Assembly: GCA_963782945.1 (NCBI GenBank)
Contig: CAWALO010000021.1
Location: forward strand, 75,156 to 139,155
Reading direction: 5' to 3'
From: an uncultured Bacteroidales bacterium
GTDB taxonomy: Bacteria > Bacteroidota > Bacteroidia > Bacteroidales > VadinHA17
Length of the DNA stretch: 64,000 bases
The notes beneath the pieces were generated by a model. That model had not been told where the DNA came from and made no database searches. It saw only the letters and a program-made list of their open reading frames with translations. Shown piece by piece: positions 37,088 to 47,193 of the stretch (positions are counted from its first letter, which is position 1; the number at the start of each line of letters is the position of its first letter). Made by a program: the position numbers and the translations under genes.

Positions 37088-39247
37088 TTATTTTGACGAC
37101 TTTAAAGTGAAAGCGATATATTCATCTCCTGATTTAGTACCCATCTTGCCGCCGCCACAGGCAATTACAACATACTGTTTTCCTCCTGCCTCATATACAC
37201 CTGGTGTTGCATAACCTCCCGCCGGTAGTTTATATTTCCACAATTCTTTCCCGGTATCCTTATCAAAAGCCCTGAAATATTCATCTTTTGAAGCCCCGAT
37301 AAAAATTAAGCCTCCTGCCGTTACTACTGGGCCACCGTAGTTTTCCGTTCCTGTCTGCGGAACTCCCTTTGCAGTCAGTTCCGGAAATTCTCCAAGCGGA
37401 ACCTGCCAGAGAATAGTGCCTTTATTCAGGTCAATTGCAGAGAGAAGCCCCCAGGGTGGCTTGACTGCCGGATAACCAAACCTGTCGAAAAACCGGTTAT
37501 AGCCGGTGGTAGTATATGGGACTTTCAGTGAATTGGTATCTTTTCCGTCGGTCTTTGCAACTTGTTGAGGATTATTTCCGGTGAGAAATGAAACGAGTGC
37601 CTCTTTTTCCTGCAACGGAATTTGCTTAAATGAAGGCATCACTCCTTTTCCCCTGTCGATCAATGTCATGATATCTTTATCAGTGAACTTTCCAGAAACT
37701 TTTCTCAGATCAGGAAATGTGCCGGTAGGATCGCCCTGGAGTTTTGATCCATGACATACTGCACAGTTCACCTGATAAACAAGCTCTCCCTTTCCGCTTG
37801 CTTCAGAATTAGCTTTAGTGATATCCACCATTTTCAGGATCCACGGCATAATGTTCGAATTGACAAACAGCACTCCTTTTTCCGGATCTGTTGCAGCTCC
37901 TCCCCATTCACCGCCACCGTCGAAACCTGGAAAAATGATTGTCCCCTGAGTACTTGGCGGCATAAATAATTCACCTGTCCGGACCGAATCAAGAATATCA
38001 GCCACATAATCATGCGATTCTCTGCTGATGTTGGTTATTTCATCTTTAGTGAAAAGCTGGGGGACAAATGGTGGCGGAACAAGAGGAAAAGGCTGCGTTG
38101 GCCAGGCCTCTTCATCCTTCAGATCAGAAGCTGGTACCCGTCTCTCCTCCACCGGGAATAATGGCTCACCGGTTTCCCTGTTGAGCAGGAAAACAAAACC
38201 TGATTTGGTGATCTGAGCCACTGCGTCAATTCTTTTACCCTTATGCGTTACTGTTATCAGGTTCGGAGGGGCGGGAAGGTCCCTGTCCCAAAGGTCGTGG
38301 TGTACAGTCTGATAATGCCAGATCCGTTCCCCTGTCTGAGCATTGAGCGCCAGTATGCAGTTGGCAAAAAGGTTGGCACCTTTCCTGTTCCCTCCCCAGA
38401 AATCGAAGGCAGCAGAACCTGTAGGAATGTAAACGACCCCGCGTGCTTCATCAAGGCTCATTCCTGACCATGAATTGGCTCCTCCTGCTGTTTTCCAGGC
38501 ATCAGGCGGCCATGTATCATAACCGAACTCACCCGGGTTGGGAATAGTTTTGAATGTCCAGGCCAGTTTTCCTGAGGGTATATCGAATGCACGGATATAA
38601 CCAGGTGCGCCTCCTGCCTCTTCCGACACCCTGGAACCAGTTATGATCAGATCATTATAAACAATACCAGGGGTGGTGGTTACAACGTACAGATCTTTTG
38701 ATCTGTCACCCAATCCCTCTTTTATATCAGCTCTTCCCGAGGTCCCAAAGTTTTCAACCGGCTTGCCTGTCTCAGCATTTAATGCAAATAAACCGGCACC
38801 GGATGTGAATAGAATCCGTTTGTCACTTCCTTTTTGCCAGTAACTGACACCTCTGTTCACATTTTGTGCATACTGGTTTTCAGGATCGGGATCAAATTCC
38901 CAGAGCTGCCTGCCTGTCGCAGCATCAAGAGCAAAAACTTTGAGCCTTGGAGAGGTCGCATACATGATACCCCCGATGATAATCGGATTGCACTGGATCT
39001 GAGTATGGTTCTCAGAAATATCATCGCCGGTATGATAAGTCCAGGCAAGCTCAAGCTGGTTTATATTATCCTTATTTATTTCGGTAAGGCTTGAATAATG
39101 GCTGCTGGAGTTATCGCCGAGATAAACAGGCCAGTCCTTGCCGGCACCTGCTAACTCCTTGTCATATGAAGAGCACCCTGAAAAAACAGATATTACCAGA
39201 ATAAATACCAGGTAAAGAAAAAGGACTGGGCAGAGGTTCTTTTGCAT
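37088..39247 (-). CDS. PQQ-dependent dehydrogenase (quinoprotein beta-propeller) with an internal c-type cytochrome module, lipoprotein
   Basis: 719 aa. Lipobox VFSGCSS. Propeller blocks GGANSWSGMSLD and HHDLWDRDLPAPPNL. Heme motif CAVCH is encoded at 37751..37765, followed by GKGVMPSF (Met ligand context). Propeller sequence resumes afterwards. Confidence 0.85.
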   Translation of the reverse strand: MQKNLCPVLFLYLVFILVISVFSGCSSYDKELAGAGKDWPVYLGDNSSSHYSSLTEINKDNINQLELAWTYHTGDDISENHTQIQCNPIIIGGIMYATSPRLKVFALDAATGRQLWEFDPDPENQYAQNVNRGVSYWQKGSDKRILFTSGAGLFALNAETGKPVENFGTSGRADIKEGLGDRSKDLYVVTTTPGIVYNDLIITGSRVSEEAGGAPGYIRAFDIPSGKLAWTFKTIPNPGEFGYDTWPPDAWKTAGGANSWSGMSLDEARGVVYIPTGSAAFDFWGGNRKGANLFANCILALNAQTGERIWHYQTVHHDLWDRDLPAPPNLITVTHKGKRIDAVAQITKSGFVFLLNRETGEPLFPVEERRVPASDLKDEEAWPTQPFPLVPPPFVPQLFTKDEITNISRESHDYVADILDSVRTGELFMPPSTQGTIIFPGFDGGGEWGGAATDPEKGVLFVNSNIMPWILKMVDITKANSEASGKGELVYQVNCAVCHGSKLQGDPTGTFPDLRKVSGKFTDKDIMTLIDRGKGVMPSFKQIPLQEKEALVSFLTGNNPQQVAKTDGKDTNSLKVPYTTTGYNRFFDRFGYPAVKPPWGLLSAIDLNKGTILWQVPLGEFPELTAKGVPQTGTENYGGPVVTAGGLIFIGASKDEYFRAFDKDTGKELWKYKLPAGGYATPGVYEAGGKQYVVIACGGGKMGTKSGDEYIAFTLKSSK

Positions 39248-39342
39248 GGCATTATGTTTAAGGCAATGTAGCTAAATTTTCACTAATTTCAATTGAAATA
39301 ACATGATTTTTCAAAGAACTGAGCCTGAACATTTTTTTATTT

Positions 39343-39382
39343 ACCACGGATTACACGGAGAACACAGAGAACACACGGATTA
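39343..39382. repeat. One-armed word repeat (cacggat/cacggag/cacagag units), related to 58068..58169
   Basis: accacggattacacggagaacacagagaacacacggatt. I see no complementary arm nearby. It lies 41 nt after the stop of 39423..41840. Confidence 0.55.
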
Positions 39383-39422
39383 AATTTCCGGCAGGAGGTT
39401 TCTAATCTTAGTTTAAAGAAAT

Positions 39423-41840
39423 CTATTCATACTTGAGTGACTGGGCAGGATTGACCCTTGCTGCGGCAATTACCCGATAACTGATAGTAATTACAGCTAT
39501 ACCAAGTGCAATAGACAGCCCGGCAACAAAACTGAAAACACCCAGGTTTATCTTGTAATAAAAGTTCTCCAGCCATTTTCCGGCGTAATAGTAGATAACC
39601 GGCCAGGCGATCAAAGCTGATATTGAAACAAGTATTATTATCTCCTTTGATATTACTACATAAATTCCCGCAATTGAAGAGCCCATTGCCTTCCTGACAC
39701 CTATCTCCTTAGTGCGCTGTTCGACAGTATAAGAGGTAAGTCCGAATAAACCAAGTGCTGCAATGAATATGGCAAGAATAGCAAAAATGACAGCCATCCT
39801 GGCATTCTGTTTTTCCTGACTGTACATCTTCTCAAAATCAGCATCGAGGAAATAATATTGCAGCGGGCTGTTTGAGGCATATTCTTTCCATATCTTTTCA
39901 ATTGCATTAATTGTAGAGGCATAATTTGAGGTTGTCAACTTCACAGAAATATATCCCCAATAGTTATTTTCATCCTGCAGCAGCAGAATGTAAGGCTGAA
40001 TTGGATTGCGAAGAGATTCAAAATTAAAATTCTTTACCACCCCTATAATGGGTAAGCTTATTGGTGCCGGCTGGTCTGGTTTCAGGATCCTCGTTTTTTC
40101 AAGGTCCGTGATGCTGAAATTTTTAACAGCGCTTTCATTTACAATACATGCCTGCTTATCGGTCGTAAAGGATTCACTGAAAGACCTGCCCGATGCGAGT
40201 GTCATGCCATATGTTTCAAGATAATCATAATCAACCCAGCTGGTCGACATCAGGAAAGTCTCATCCTTTCTGCCCTCCATCATATACCCGTTATTATTGT
40301 TCGTTCGTCCGGGAACTGCTGTGGAACTTGCAATATTAACCACCCCGGGAATTCTTTTTACACTCTCTTTAAAGGATTTGATCTGTTTGCCAATTACATT
40401 CGCCCGTTCAATGACTATCAGTTGTTCCTTGCTGAATCCTACATCTTTATTAAGCATATATTTTATCTGCCTGTTCATAATGAGTGTACCCACGATGAGA
40501 AGTATTGATACTGCGAATTGAAAAACAACGAGTATTCTTCTTAGCCTGCCGTTGCTCGTACTGTTTTTTGCACTCCCCTTAAGTACTTCGTACGGATTAA
40601 AGGATGAAAGGAAGAATGCAGGATAGCTTCCGGCCATGATTCCGACAGTGATAGTGAACAGAAGAAGTACCGGGATTGTATACCAGGGAATAAAAAGGTC
40701 AAGAGCTAGTTTCACTCCTAGCAGATCATTGATATAAGGTAAACTTATCTTAATGAATATAAGTGCAATAACGAGTGAGATAAAAGAGAGAATAAATGAT
40801 TCCGATAGAAACTGAGTTATCAGCATGCCTCTTGTTGACCCCCCAAGTTTCTTAATCCCAACCTCTTTAGCCCTTCTTGCTGCCTGTGCGGTTGCAAGAT
40901 TCATGAAATTTATGGCTGCTATCACAACTATCAGAATTGCAACACTTCCGAAAATAATTAGATATTTCGGGTCGTTGGGTGCTTTGAACCCACCCTGGAC
41001 AGTGTTGTCGAGATGAATATCAGTAAGGTTCTGCAGGAAGAAACGGTATTTATTACCCTTTTTAATAAACTCCTCTATTGTTGTTCCCAGATATTGTTGC
41101 ACCTCCGGACCAATATACTTGACAATCAGATCCTGGAATTTGGCATCAACCGTCGCTGAGCTGGTATTTGGTTTCAGAAGCAGATAAAGGGAGAAACTGT
41201 TGTTTAACCAGACAGCCTCCTTCGACCTTGGATTTGTCAGAAAAGATGTAAGCATGCTAGCACTGAAATGCGAATTCTCAGGTATGTCACCCATAACCCC
41301 GGTAACCAGGAACCTGGTAGAATCCGATCCGACCTTTATCATCTTGTCAATCGGATTCTCATTACCGAATATCTTTTTTGCGGTGGATTCAGACAGAACT
41401 ACTTTATGCGGACTGTTCAGCAGATTCTTAATGTCACCTTTCAGAACAGGTACAGTGAAGAAATTGAAAAAAGATGAATCAGCCTCGACAATATTATCCT
41501 CTGTAAATATCTGCTTTTCATATTCAACTGCGGTCGTACCATGATCGTTCATCCGGAGAAAGTCTTCGACCTCAGGAAACTCTCTTGGGAGAGTCGGCCC
41601 CATTACAGCAGGGGTGTAGGCACCTGTGATCTCCTGACCTCCTATTTTGCCATTAAGTATTACCCGGAAAATCCTCTCTTTCTTTAAATTGAACTTGTCG
41701 TAACTGGCCTCATTGATAACAAACAGGGCAATAATCAGACTGCAGGCTATCCCAATGGAAAGACCAAGAATATTGATGATTACATATGCACGTTGTCTTT
41801 TAAAAGATCTGAAACTATGCTTAATTAAATTATTGAACAT
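39423..41840 (-). CDS. MacB-like ABC transporter permease (double FtsX)
   Basis: 805 aa. N-terminus is MFNNLIKHSFRSFKRQRAYVIINILGLSIGIA. C-terminal FtsX module ends ...ARVNPAQSLKYE. Confidence 0.85.
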   Translation of the reverse strand: MFNNLIKHSFRSFKRQRAYVIINILGLSIGIACSLIIALFVINEASYDKFNLKKERIFRVILNGKIGGQEITGAYTPAVMGPTLPREFPEVEDFLRMNDHGTTAVEYEKQIFTEDNIVEADSSFFNFFTVPVLKGDIKNLLNSPHKVVLSESTAKKIFGNENPIDKMIKVGSDSTRFLVTGVMGDIPENSHFSASMLTSFLTNPRSKEAVWLNNSFSLYLLLKPNTSSATVDAKFQDLIVKYIGPEVQQYLGTTIEEFIKKGNKYRFFLQNLTDIHLDNTVQGGFKAPNDPKYLIIFGSVAILIVVIAAINFMNLATAQAARRAKEVGIKKLGGSTRGMLITQFLSESFILSFISLVIALIFIKISLPYINDLLGVKLALDLFIPWYTIPVLLLFTITVGIMAGSYPAFFLSSFNPYEVLKGSAKNSTSNGRLRRILVVFQFAVSILLIVGTLIMNRQIKYMLNKDVGFSKEQLIVIERANVIGKQIKSFKESVKRIPGVVNIASSTAVPGRTNNNNGYMMEGRKDETFLMSTSWVDYDYLETYGMTLASGRSFSESFTTDKQACIVNESAVKNFSITDLEKTRILKPDQPAPISLPIIGVVKNFNFESLRNPIQPYILLLQDENNYWGYISVKLTTSNYASTINAIEKIWKEYASNSPLQYYFLDADFEKMYSQEKQNARMAVIFAILAIFIAALGLFGLTSYTVEQRTKEIGVRKAMGSSIAGIYVVISKEIIILVSISALIAWPVIYYYAGKWLENFYYKINLGVFSFVAGLSIALGIAVITISYRVIAAARVNPAQSLKYE

Positions 41841-41953
41841 AACTTATGGAATTAAGGGGGATTGTTTATTAAATCAATTTTTATCGGTTTTTATCTTCTT
41901 AAATAATCACACTTAAAAGACAGAAAAAAAACGTTTCCGCTGCAAATAAATAA

Positions 41954-44329
41954 TTATTCAATCTTAAGTGCTTCTGCCGGATTTATCCCGGTTGCCTTAT
42001 ATGCCTGAAAACTTACCGTGAGAATGGCAATTATCAGAGCACCTGCTGATATACCCGCAAAAACAAGCGGATTAATATCAATTCTGTATGCAAACTGATG
42101 AAGCAATTTTGCTACAAGGAACCATCCGACAGGGACTGAAATTATGATTGCAAGCATGACAAAAACAAGAAATTCTTTTGTAAGCGTGTACATAACAGTT
42201 AAGGAACCCGCTCCCATGACTTTTCTTATGCCAACCTCATTTGTACGCCTTTCTGCAGAATATGAAGCAAGTCCGTAAAGTCCCAGGCAAGCGATAATGA
42301 CAGCCAGAATGGTAAAATATTTTAATAACCCGCTGAGCCGCATCTGCGATCTGAAAAGGTTTTCATAGTCCTGATCTATGAAAGTGTATTGAAGAGGATA
42401 TTCAGGCAATATTTCCTTCCAGTTTTTTTCCACTGATTTTAGAGAGGCTGGAATATTGCCGGGTGTAAGCCTGATAAGGATTGTCCTCAGATAGCTTGTA
42501 TCTGCAAGGGCAAATGCAACCGGCTCAATTGGCTGATCTGCACCCTTAAAATGGAAATTCTTCATTACGCCTACTATCCTGCCATTAAGTCCCATAAACC
42601 TGAAGCTCTTGCCAACAGGATCACCGATACCCATAATTCTGACTGTCTCCTCATTTACCAGGAAATTCCCTGTTGTGTCCCTCGCCATGTCAGATGGAAA
42701 ATCTCTGGAGAAATCACGGCCTGATACTAATTCCATCTTCATCGTTTTCAGATAGTCATAGTCGATGCCATTAGTTCCTATTAATACATTTTTTTCAGGG
42801 TCCTTTCCCTCCCAGGTGGCTCCGCCCGAATTGCTCCCTATCATTACAGGATTCCATAATGATGCTGTAACTCCCTGGACCAATGTTTCTTTCTCAAGCT
42901 CTTTCTTTAAAGAATAGTATTTAGGCTTCATATTATCAGCCATAGGAATTGCAATGAGATTATTCTTGTTGAAACCAAGATCTTTATCCAGCATGAATTG
43001 GAGCTGCATGTACATAAAAATCGCAGAAATGGCAATCAGCATTGAGAGTGAGAACTGGATAACCACCAGAATCTGTCTGAGTATCACATTTTTTCTGCCT
43101 GAGACAGTATCTCCCTTGAGAACTGCAACAGGCTTAAATGAAGATAAGTAGAGCGCCGGATAAATACCTGCAACAAATCCCGCCAGAAGACCAACGGAGA
43201 TGAAACTGATAATAAATTTAAACTGAACCAGATCTGTGAGATCAAAGTGTTTACCGGAAACATTGTTGAATACATTGAGAAACAAGCCTACAAGGATCAG
43301 TGCCAGCACCATTGCTGCTGCAACAAGAAGAAGAGATTCAAGCATGAACTGAATAATCATTGTCATCTGATCAGCACCGGCTACTTTTTTTATCCCTATC
43401 TCCTTACCTCTTGATGAAGCTTTTGCTGTTGAAAGATTAATGAAGTTAATGCAGGCAATGAGAAGGACAAAAACCGCTATCATTATAAAGATGTAAACAA
43501 TAATTACCGGTCCATTGGATTCCCTGAAGCCGAATTGCTGATGAAGATGAATATCGAGCAATGGGAATAGCAGGTATTTTGTTGTCGTCTCTGGCTGATG
43601 CTCAATAACAATATCTGTAAGCTTCTTATTGACCGCCTGAATATCTGCATTCCTGTCAATCCTGACAAAGGTAAAAATCGAGTTACTGCCCCAGTGATCA
43701 CTATATGCACCTATTTCCTTCATAAATGAAAAGGGAAGAACCCCTTCAAAAGTAAACATCGAGTTTTTGGGCAGTTCTTTCAGGACACCTGTTACCATGA
43801 ACTCATATTTGTTCTCCAGGGTAATTGTCTCTCCGACAGGATTTGTTTCACCGAAGTATTTCCTGGCAAGCTTTTCTGTAAGCAGGATGGAATGAGGAGT
43901 GTTTAATACAGTGCTTTTGTCGCCGGACAAAAGAGGAAAGGTAAACATATTGAGAAAGGAAGAGTCAGCCGCTATTAGAGATGACTCATAGAATACCTTA
44001 TCACCCCTTCTGAAAAGCATTCTCGGCATCCATGGGTTAATACGCGTCTGCTCCGAAATTTCAGGAGTTTTTTCTTTCCACTCTGGCCCGCTGGGAAAAG
44101 GGGTAACTGTCACATGATAACGTTCTCCGGAATAAAACTGATCCTCCTCCACACGGTAAATATCTGATCCGGATTTGTTAAATCGCTCGAAACTCAGCTC
44201 ATCCTGTACCCATAATAGTATCAGAAGCGATGCTGCAAGGCCTACTGCGAGCCCTGTAACATTAATAAAAGAGAAGACTTTGTGTTTGAATATATTCCGG
44301 ATTGCAATTGTGAAGAAATTCTTTATCAT
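41954..44329 (-). CDS. MacB-like ABC transporter permease (double FtsX)
   Basis: 791 aa. N-terminus is MIKNFFTIAIRNIFKHKVFSFINVTGLAVGLA. C-terminus is ...TGINPAEALKIE. Confidence 0.85.
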   Translation of the reverse strand: MIKNFFTIAIRNIFKHKVFSFINVTGLAVGLAASLLILLWVQDELSFERFNKSGSDIYRVEEDQFYSGERYHVTVTPFPSGPEWKEKTPEISEQTRINPWMPRMLFRRGDKVFYESSLIAADSSFLNMFTFPLLSGDKSTVLNTPHSILLTEKLARKYFGETNPVGETITLENKYEFMVTGVLKELPKNSMFTFEGVLPFSFMKEIGAYSDHWGSNSIFTFVRIDRNADIQAVNKKLTDIVIEHQPETTTKYLLFPLLDIHLHQQFGFRESNGPVIIVYIFIMIAVFVLLIACINFINLSTAKASSRGKEIGIKKVAGADQMTMIIQFMLESLLLVAAAMVLALILVGLFLNVFNNVSGKHFDLTDLVQFKFIISFISVGLLAGFVAGIYPALYLSSFKPVAVLKGDTVSGRKNVILRQILVVIQFSLSMLIAISAIFMYMQLQFMLDKDLGFNKNNLIAIPMADNMKPKYYSLKKELEKETLVQGVTASLWNPVMIGSNSGGATWEGKDPEKNVLIGTNGIDYDYLKTMKMELVSGRDFSRDFPSDMARDTTGNFLVNEETVRIMGIGDPVGKSFRFMGLNGRIVGVMKNFHFKGADQPIEPVAFALADTSYLRTILIRLTPGNIPASLKSVEKNWKEILPEYPLQYTFIDQDYENLFRSQMRLSGLLKYFTILAVIIACLGLYGLASYSAERRTNEVGIRKVMGAGSLTVMYTLTKEFLVFVMLAIIISVPVGWFLVAKLLHQFAYRIDINPLVFAGISAGALIIAILTVSFQAYKATGINPAEALKIE

Positions 44330-44725
44330 GGTCTGAAGGGGTTAGGTTCAATCTAATGACGAACTCAATTCAAATATGTTGCACAAAAATTGTTATGACA
44401 GAAGGTAATTTTTTCAATTTTATCAAACCATCCAAATGCCTCCTCTCTGAACTGAAATTCTCCCTGAGTATTAACTTCAGCAGTCATGACTACAGTAAGA
44501 TTTCGGGATGGCAGACTGCAGGAATATACATGTTTAAATATTTTGTTTGAGTCCGGATAGTTTGTACGGCCTGATAATTTACAGAAGATTCAGCTGTAAA
44601 AACAAAATTGAACAAAATTAATTATAAGGTGTTTATAGATTCAGCCACTTTAAAAAGTGCATCCGGATAATTTCAGGCCTTAGATTTAGCAGCTCCCCCC
44701 TGCTTTGAGAAATAATATTTACTCA

Positions 44726-44929
44726 ATGGCAACAATTGCAGAGGGATATGAAAATTACACTTTCAGCAGCTTTCACCAGGATTATGACAGTTACGATAAG
44801 CTTGTTCAGCGCTTTATAGCAGATCTGAACAAAACGGGTGAGGCTTTGATTAAAGAAAAGATAAAGATTCACCTGCAGAATAATCATGTATCAGGAATCA
44901 ATGTTCCAATTATAAACCTTAAAAAATAA
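44726..44929 (+). CDS. Small hypothetical protein
   Basis: The track ORF starts at TTG 44705. The ATG at 44726 (MATIAEGYENY...) is more likely. It ends 4 nt before the FAD oxidase start, which suggests co-transcription. No family recognised. Confidence 0.4.
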   Translation: MATIAEGYENYTFSSFHQDYDSYDKLVQRFIADLNKTGEALIKEKIKIHLQNNHVSGINVPIINLKK

Positions 44930-44933
44930 AGCT

Positions 44934-46319
44934 ATGATCAACGAATCTTCTCTTAAAGAGTTTAAGGAAAGTCTGCGGGGTAGTTTATTGGAGCCTCACG
45001 ACAAGGGGTATGATGATGCCCGGAAAGTATATAATGCTATGATAAATAAACGTCCTCGCCTGATCGTATTTTGCAAGGATATAGCTGATGTAATAAGCTC
45101 CGTGAATTTTGCCAGAAACAATAACTTACTTCTCTCTGTCCGAAGCGGAGGACACAATGGAGGTGGACTCGGAATATGTGACGACGGATTGGTTATTGAC
45201 CTTTCAGGCATCAAATATACCCTGGTGGATCCGGTGGCAAAAACCGTCGTAGCCGGAGGAGGGTGTACATGGGGAGATATTGACCATGCTACCCACGTTT
45301 TCGGATTGGCAACCCCCAGTGGTATTATCTCCACTACTGGTGTAGGCGGTTTGACTACAGGAGGTGGTCTGGGCCATTTTACAAGGCAGTATGGATTAAG
45401 TATCGATAACCTTCTGTCAGTTGATATGGTATTGGCTGACGGCAGTTTTGTTTCAGCCAATGCAGATCAGAACAAGGATCTGTTCTGGGCTGTAAGAGGA
45501 GGAGGTGGAAACTTCGGAGTAGTTACTGCTTTCACTTTTAGGCTTCATCCTATTGATACAGTCTATGCAGGTCCCATACTATATGAAATGAGCGAGGCAA
45601 AGGAAGTTATGAGATGGTATGATAATATGATAAGAAAAGATATGCCAGATGATCTGAATGGGTTTTTTGCAATAATGACTATTCCTCCTGCTCCTATGTT
45701 CCCGGAACATCTTCGTCTGAAGAAAATGTGCGGAGTTATTTGGTCGTACACCGGTCCGATGAAGAAGGCAGAAGAAGTATTTAAGCCAATACGTGCTTTC
45801 AAAAAACCAGCTCTTGATATGGCAGGTCCGATTCCTCAACCTGTCTTACAGGGTCTTTTCGATGCCGTATATCCAACAGGATTACAATGGTACTGGCGGG
45901 CCGACTTTGTGAATGAATTATCTGACAAAGCAATAGATGAACACATCAGATTCGGTAATAATATGCCTACATGGCAATCCGGGATGCACTTATACCCTAT
46001 TAATGGTGCTGCTTCAAAAATAGGTAAAAATGATACGGCCTGGAATTACAGGGATGCAACATGGGCAATGGTAATAATAGGTGTTGACTCAGATCCTGCA
46101 AACAAGGAGATCATTTCTTGGTCAAAAGAGTACTGGAAAGCAGTGCATCCGTATGCAGCAGGTGGCGCATATGTGAATTTTATGATGGATGAAGGTGAAG
46201 ATCGGGTAAGGGCAACTTATGGCGATAATTATGACAGGCTGGTATCCATTAAAAATAAATATGATCCGGATAACCTGTTCAGAGTGAATCAAAACATTAA
46301 ACCTACATTAAAAAGATAA
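44934..46319 (+). CDS. FAD-linked oxidase (FAD_binding_4 + berberine-bridge-enzyme-like C-terminus)
   Basis: 461 aa. RPRLIVFCKDIADVISSVNFARNNNLLLSVRSGGHN and GGGNFGVVTAFTFRLHP are the PCMH-type FAD-binding motifs. The C-terminal YDPDNLFRVNQNI is the BBE tail. Confidence 0.85.
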   Translation: MINESSLKEFKESLRGSLLEPHDKGYDDARKVYNAMINKRPRLIVFCKDIADVISSVNFARNNNLLLSVRSGGHNGGGLGICDDGLVIDLSGIKYTLVDPVAKTVVAGGGCTWGDIDHATHVFGLATPSGIISTTGVGGLTTGGGLGHFTRQYGLSIDNLLSVDMVLADGSFVSANADQNKDLFWAVRGGGGNFGVVTAFTFRLHPIDTVYAGPILYEMSEAKEVMRWYDNMIRKDMPDDLNGFFAIMTIPPAPMFPEHLRLKKMCGVIWSYTGPMKKAEEVFKPIRAFKKPALDMAGPIPQPVLQGLFDAVYPTGLQWYWRADFVNELSDKAIDEHIRFGNNMPTWQSGMHLYPINGAASKIGKNDTAWNYRDATWAMVIIGVDSDPANKEIISWSKEYWKAVHPYAAGGAYVNFMMDEGEDRVRATYGDNYDRLVSIKNKYDPDNLFRVNQNIKPTLKR

Positions 46320-46355
46320 ATTATCAGAACGAGGAAGTTTTTTTAATATTAATTA

Positions 46356-46685
46356 ATGAAAGGGGAAATTATGAAGTACATTATGAAAGTTAGTATGCCA
46401 GGTGAAACAGCAAACCTGAGAATCAAGGACCCTCAATTTGCAGCTAAAATGAAGGAGGCCCTCACTGAAGTTAAAGCGGAAGCTGCTTATTTCGGGTCTA
46501 TTTGCGGAAGCAGGGGAGCCTATATTGTAGTTAATATGGACGATGCTTCACAAATGGTTGCAAAAGCCGAACCATTTTTTCTATGGCTCCAGGCCGATGT
46601 AGATTTCATCCCTGTAATGACTCCTGAGGATCTTGGTAAAGGAGGTCCAGCCATGGAGGCAGCAGTTAAAAAATGGGGAAAATAA
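46356..46685 (+). CDS. Small conserved hypothetical protein
   Basis: 109 aa (alternative start MKYIMK at 46371). The AAYFG...RGAYIVVNMDDASQ...EPFFLWLQADVDFIPVMTPEDL block looks like a conserved small alpha/beta protein that I cannot name reliably. Followed by a hairpin plus T-run. Confidence 0.5.
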   Translation: MKGEIMKYIMKVSMPGETANLRIKDPQFAAKMKEALTEVKAEAAYFGSICGSRGAYIVVNMDDASQMVAKAEPFFLWLQADVDFIPVMTPEDLGKGGPAMEAAVKKWGK

Positions 46686-46715
46686 AAGAAGATATTTTCC
46701 TGATTAAAAAATCAA

Positions 46716-46745
46716 AGGGGTTACATTGACTGAAACCCCTTTTTT
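46716..46745 (+). terminator. Rho-independent terminator candidate
   Basis: Stem aggggtt (46716..46722) / aacccct (46734..46740), then ttttt. It lies 31 nt after the stop of 46356..46685 and abuts the stop of the convergent 46744.. gene. Confidence 0.7.
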
Positions 46746-47193
46746 AATACTTCATAATCAATGGTATCCATTCTATCTGACGGATTACAATATTTCTTAT
46801 CCTGAGGCAGCTGCTCCACGCTGTGAAAGCTACTTTGGTAAATCTTGTCGAATCCAGTGGATCCGGATCATTTAATTCGATTGCCAGCTTCCCGTCAATA
46901 AAAATGAAGCAGTTGCCATTTATGCTGCCGGCCTGGACCCTATAGGCCCTGCCGGGTTCAAAATTATAATTTGGTGTTGTTGCAATAAGTTTATAATCAG
47001 GGGATTTCTCAATTCCAATCCTGTTGTTGTACCAACCACAGATACTTCCTATATACGCATTTCCGCAGCTGTTAAGGCTATCGCTCCATTCCCCGTTCCA
47101 CATAAAATTGATGTCATGGGTTGAAGGGAGTATGGTACCAGCTTCAAAGTCGAGTAAAATATTTCCGGGAAAATCTTGTTTCAGAATTGCCAT
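46744..47193 (-). CDS. Concanavalin/LamG-like domain protein, probably longer than the called ORF or 5'-damaged
   Basis: 149-aa track ORF. The same frame stays open up to 47328 (a stop lies at 47329..47331) and reads IYESKILFKTIITPDNFEEHFITYNSKWAVEDGWITGRNQNETAG before the called Met. That is a typical domain start (W.VEDGW), yet there is no ATG/GTG/TTG in that stretch. Confidence 0.5.
   Translation of the reverse strand: MAILKQDFPGNILLDFEAGTILPSTHDINFMWNGEWSDSLNSCGNAYIGSICGWYNNRIGIEKSPDYKLIATTPNYNFEPGRAYRVQAGSINGNCFIFIDGKLAIELNDPDPLDSTRFTKVAFTAWSSCLRIRNIVIRQIEWIPLIMKY

Noticed and set aside
44356-44550. 64-aa plus-strand ORF in the spacer upstream of the permease genes
   Set aside because: It has no motif, an odd composition and no partner genes. 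The region is more plausibly the promoter region of 41954..44329.
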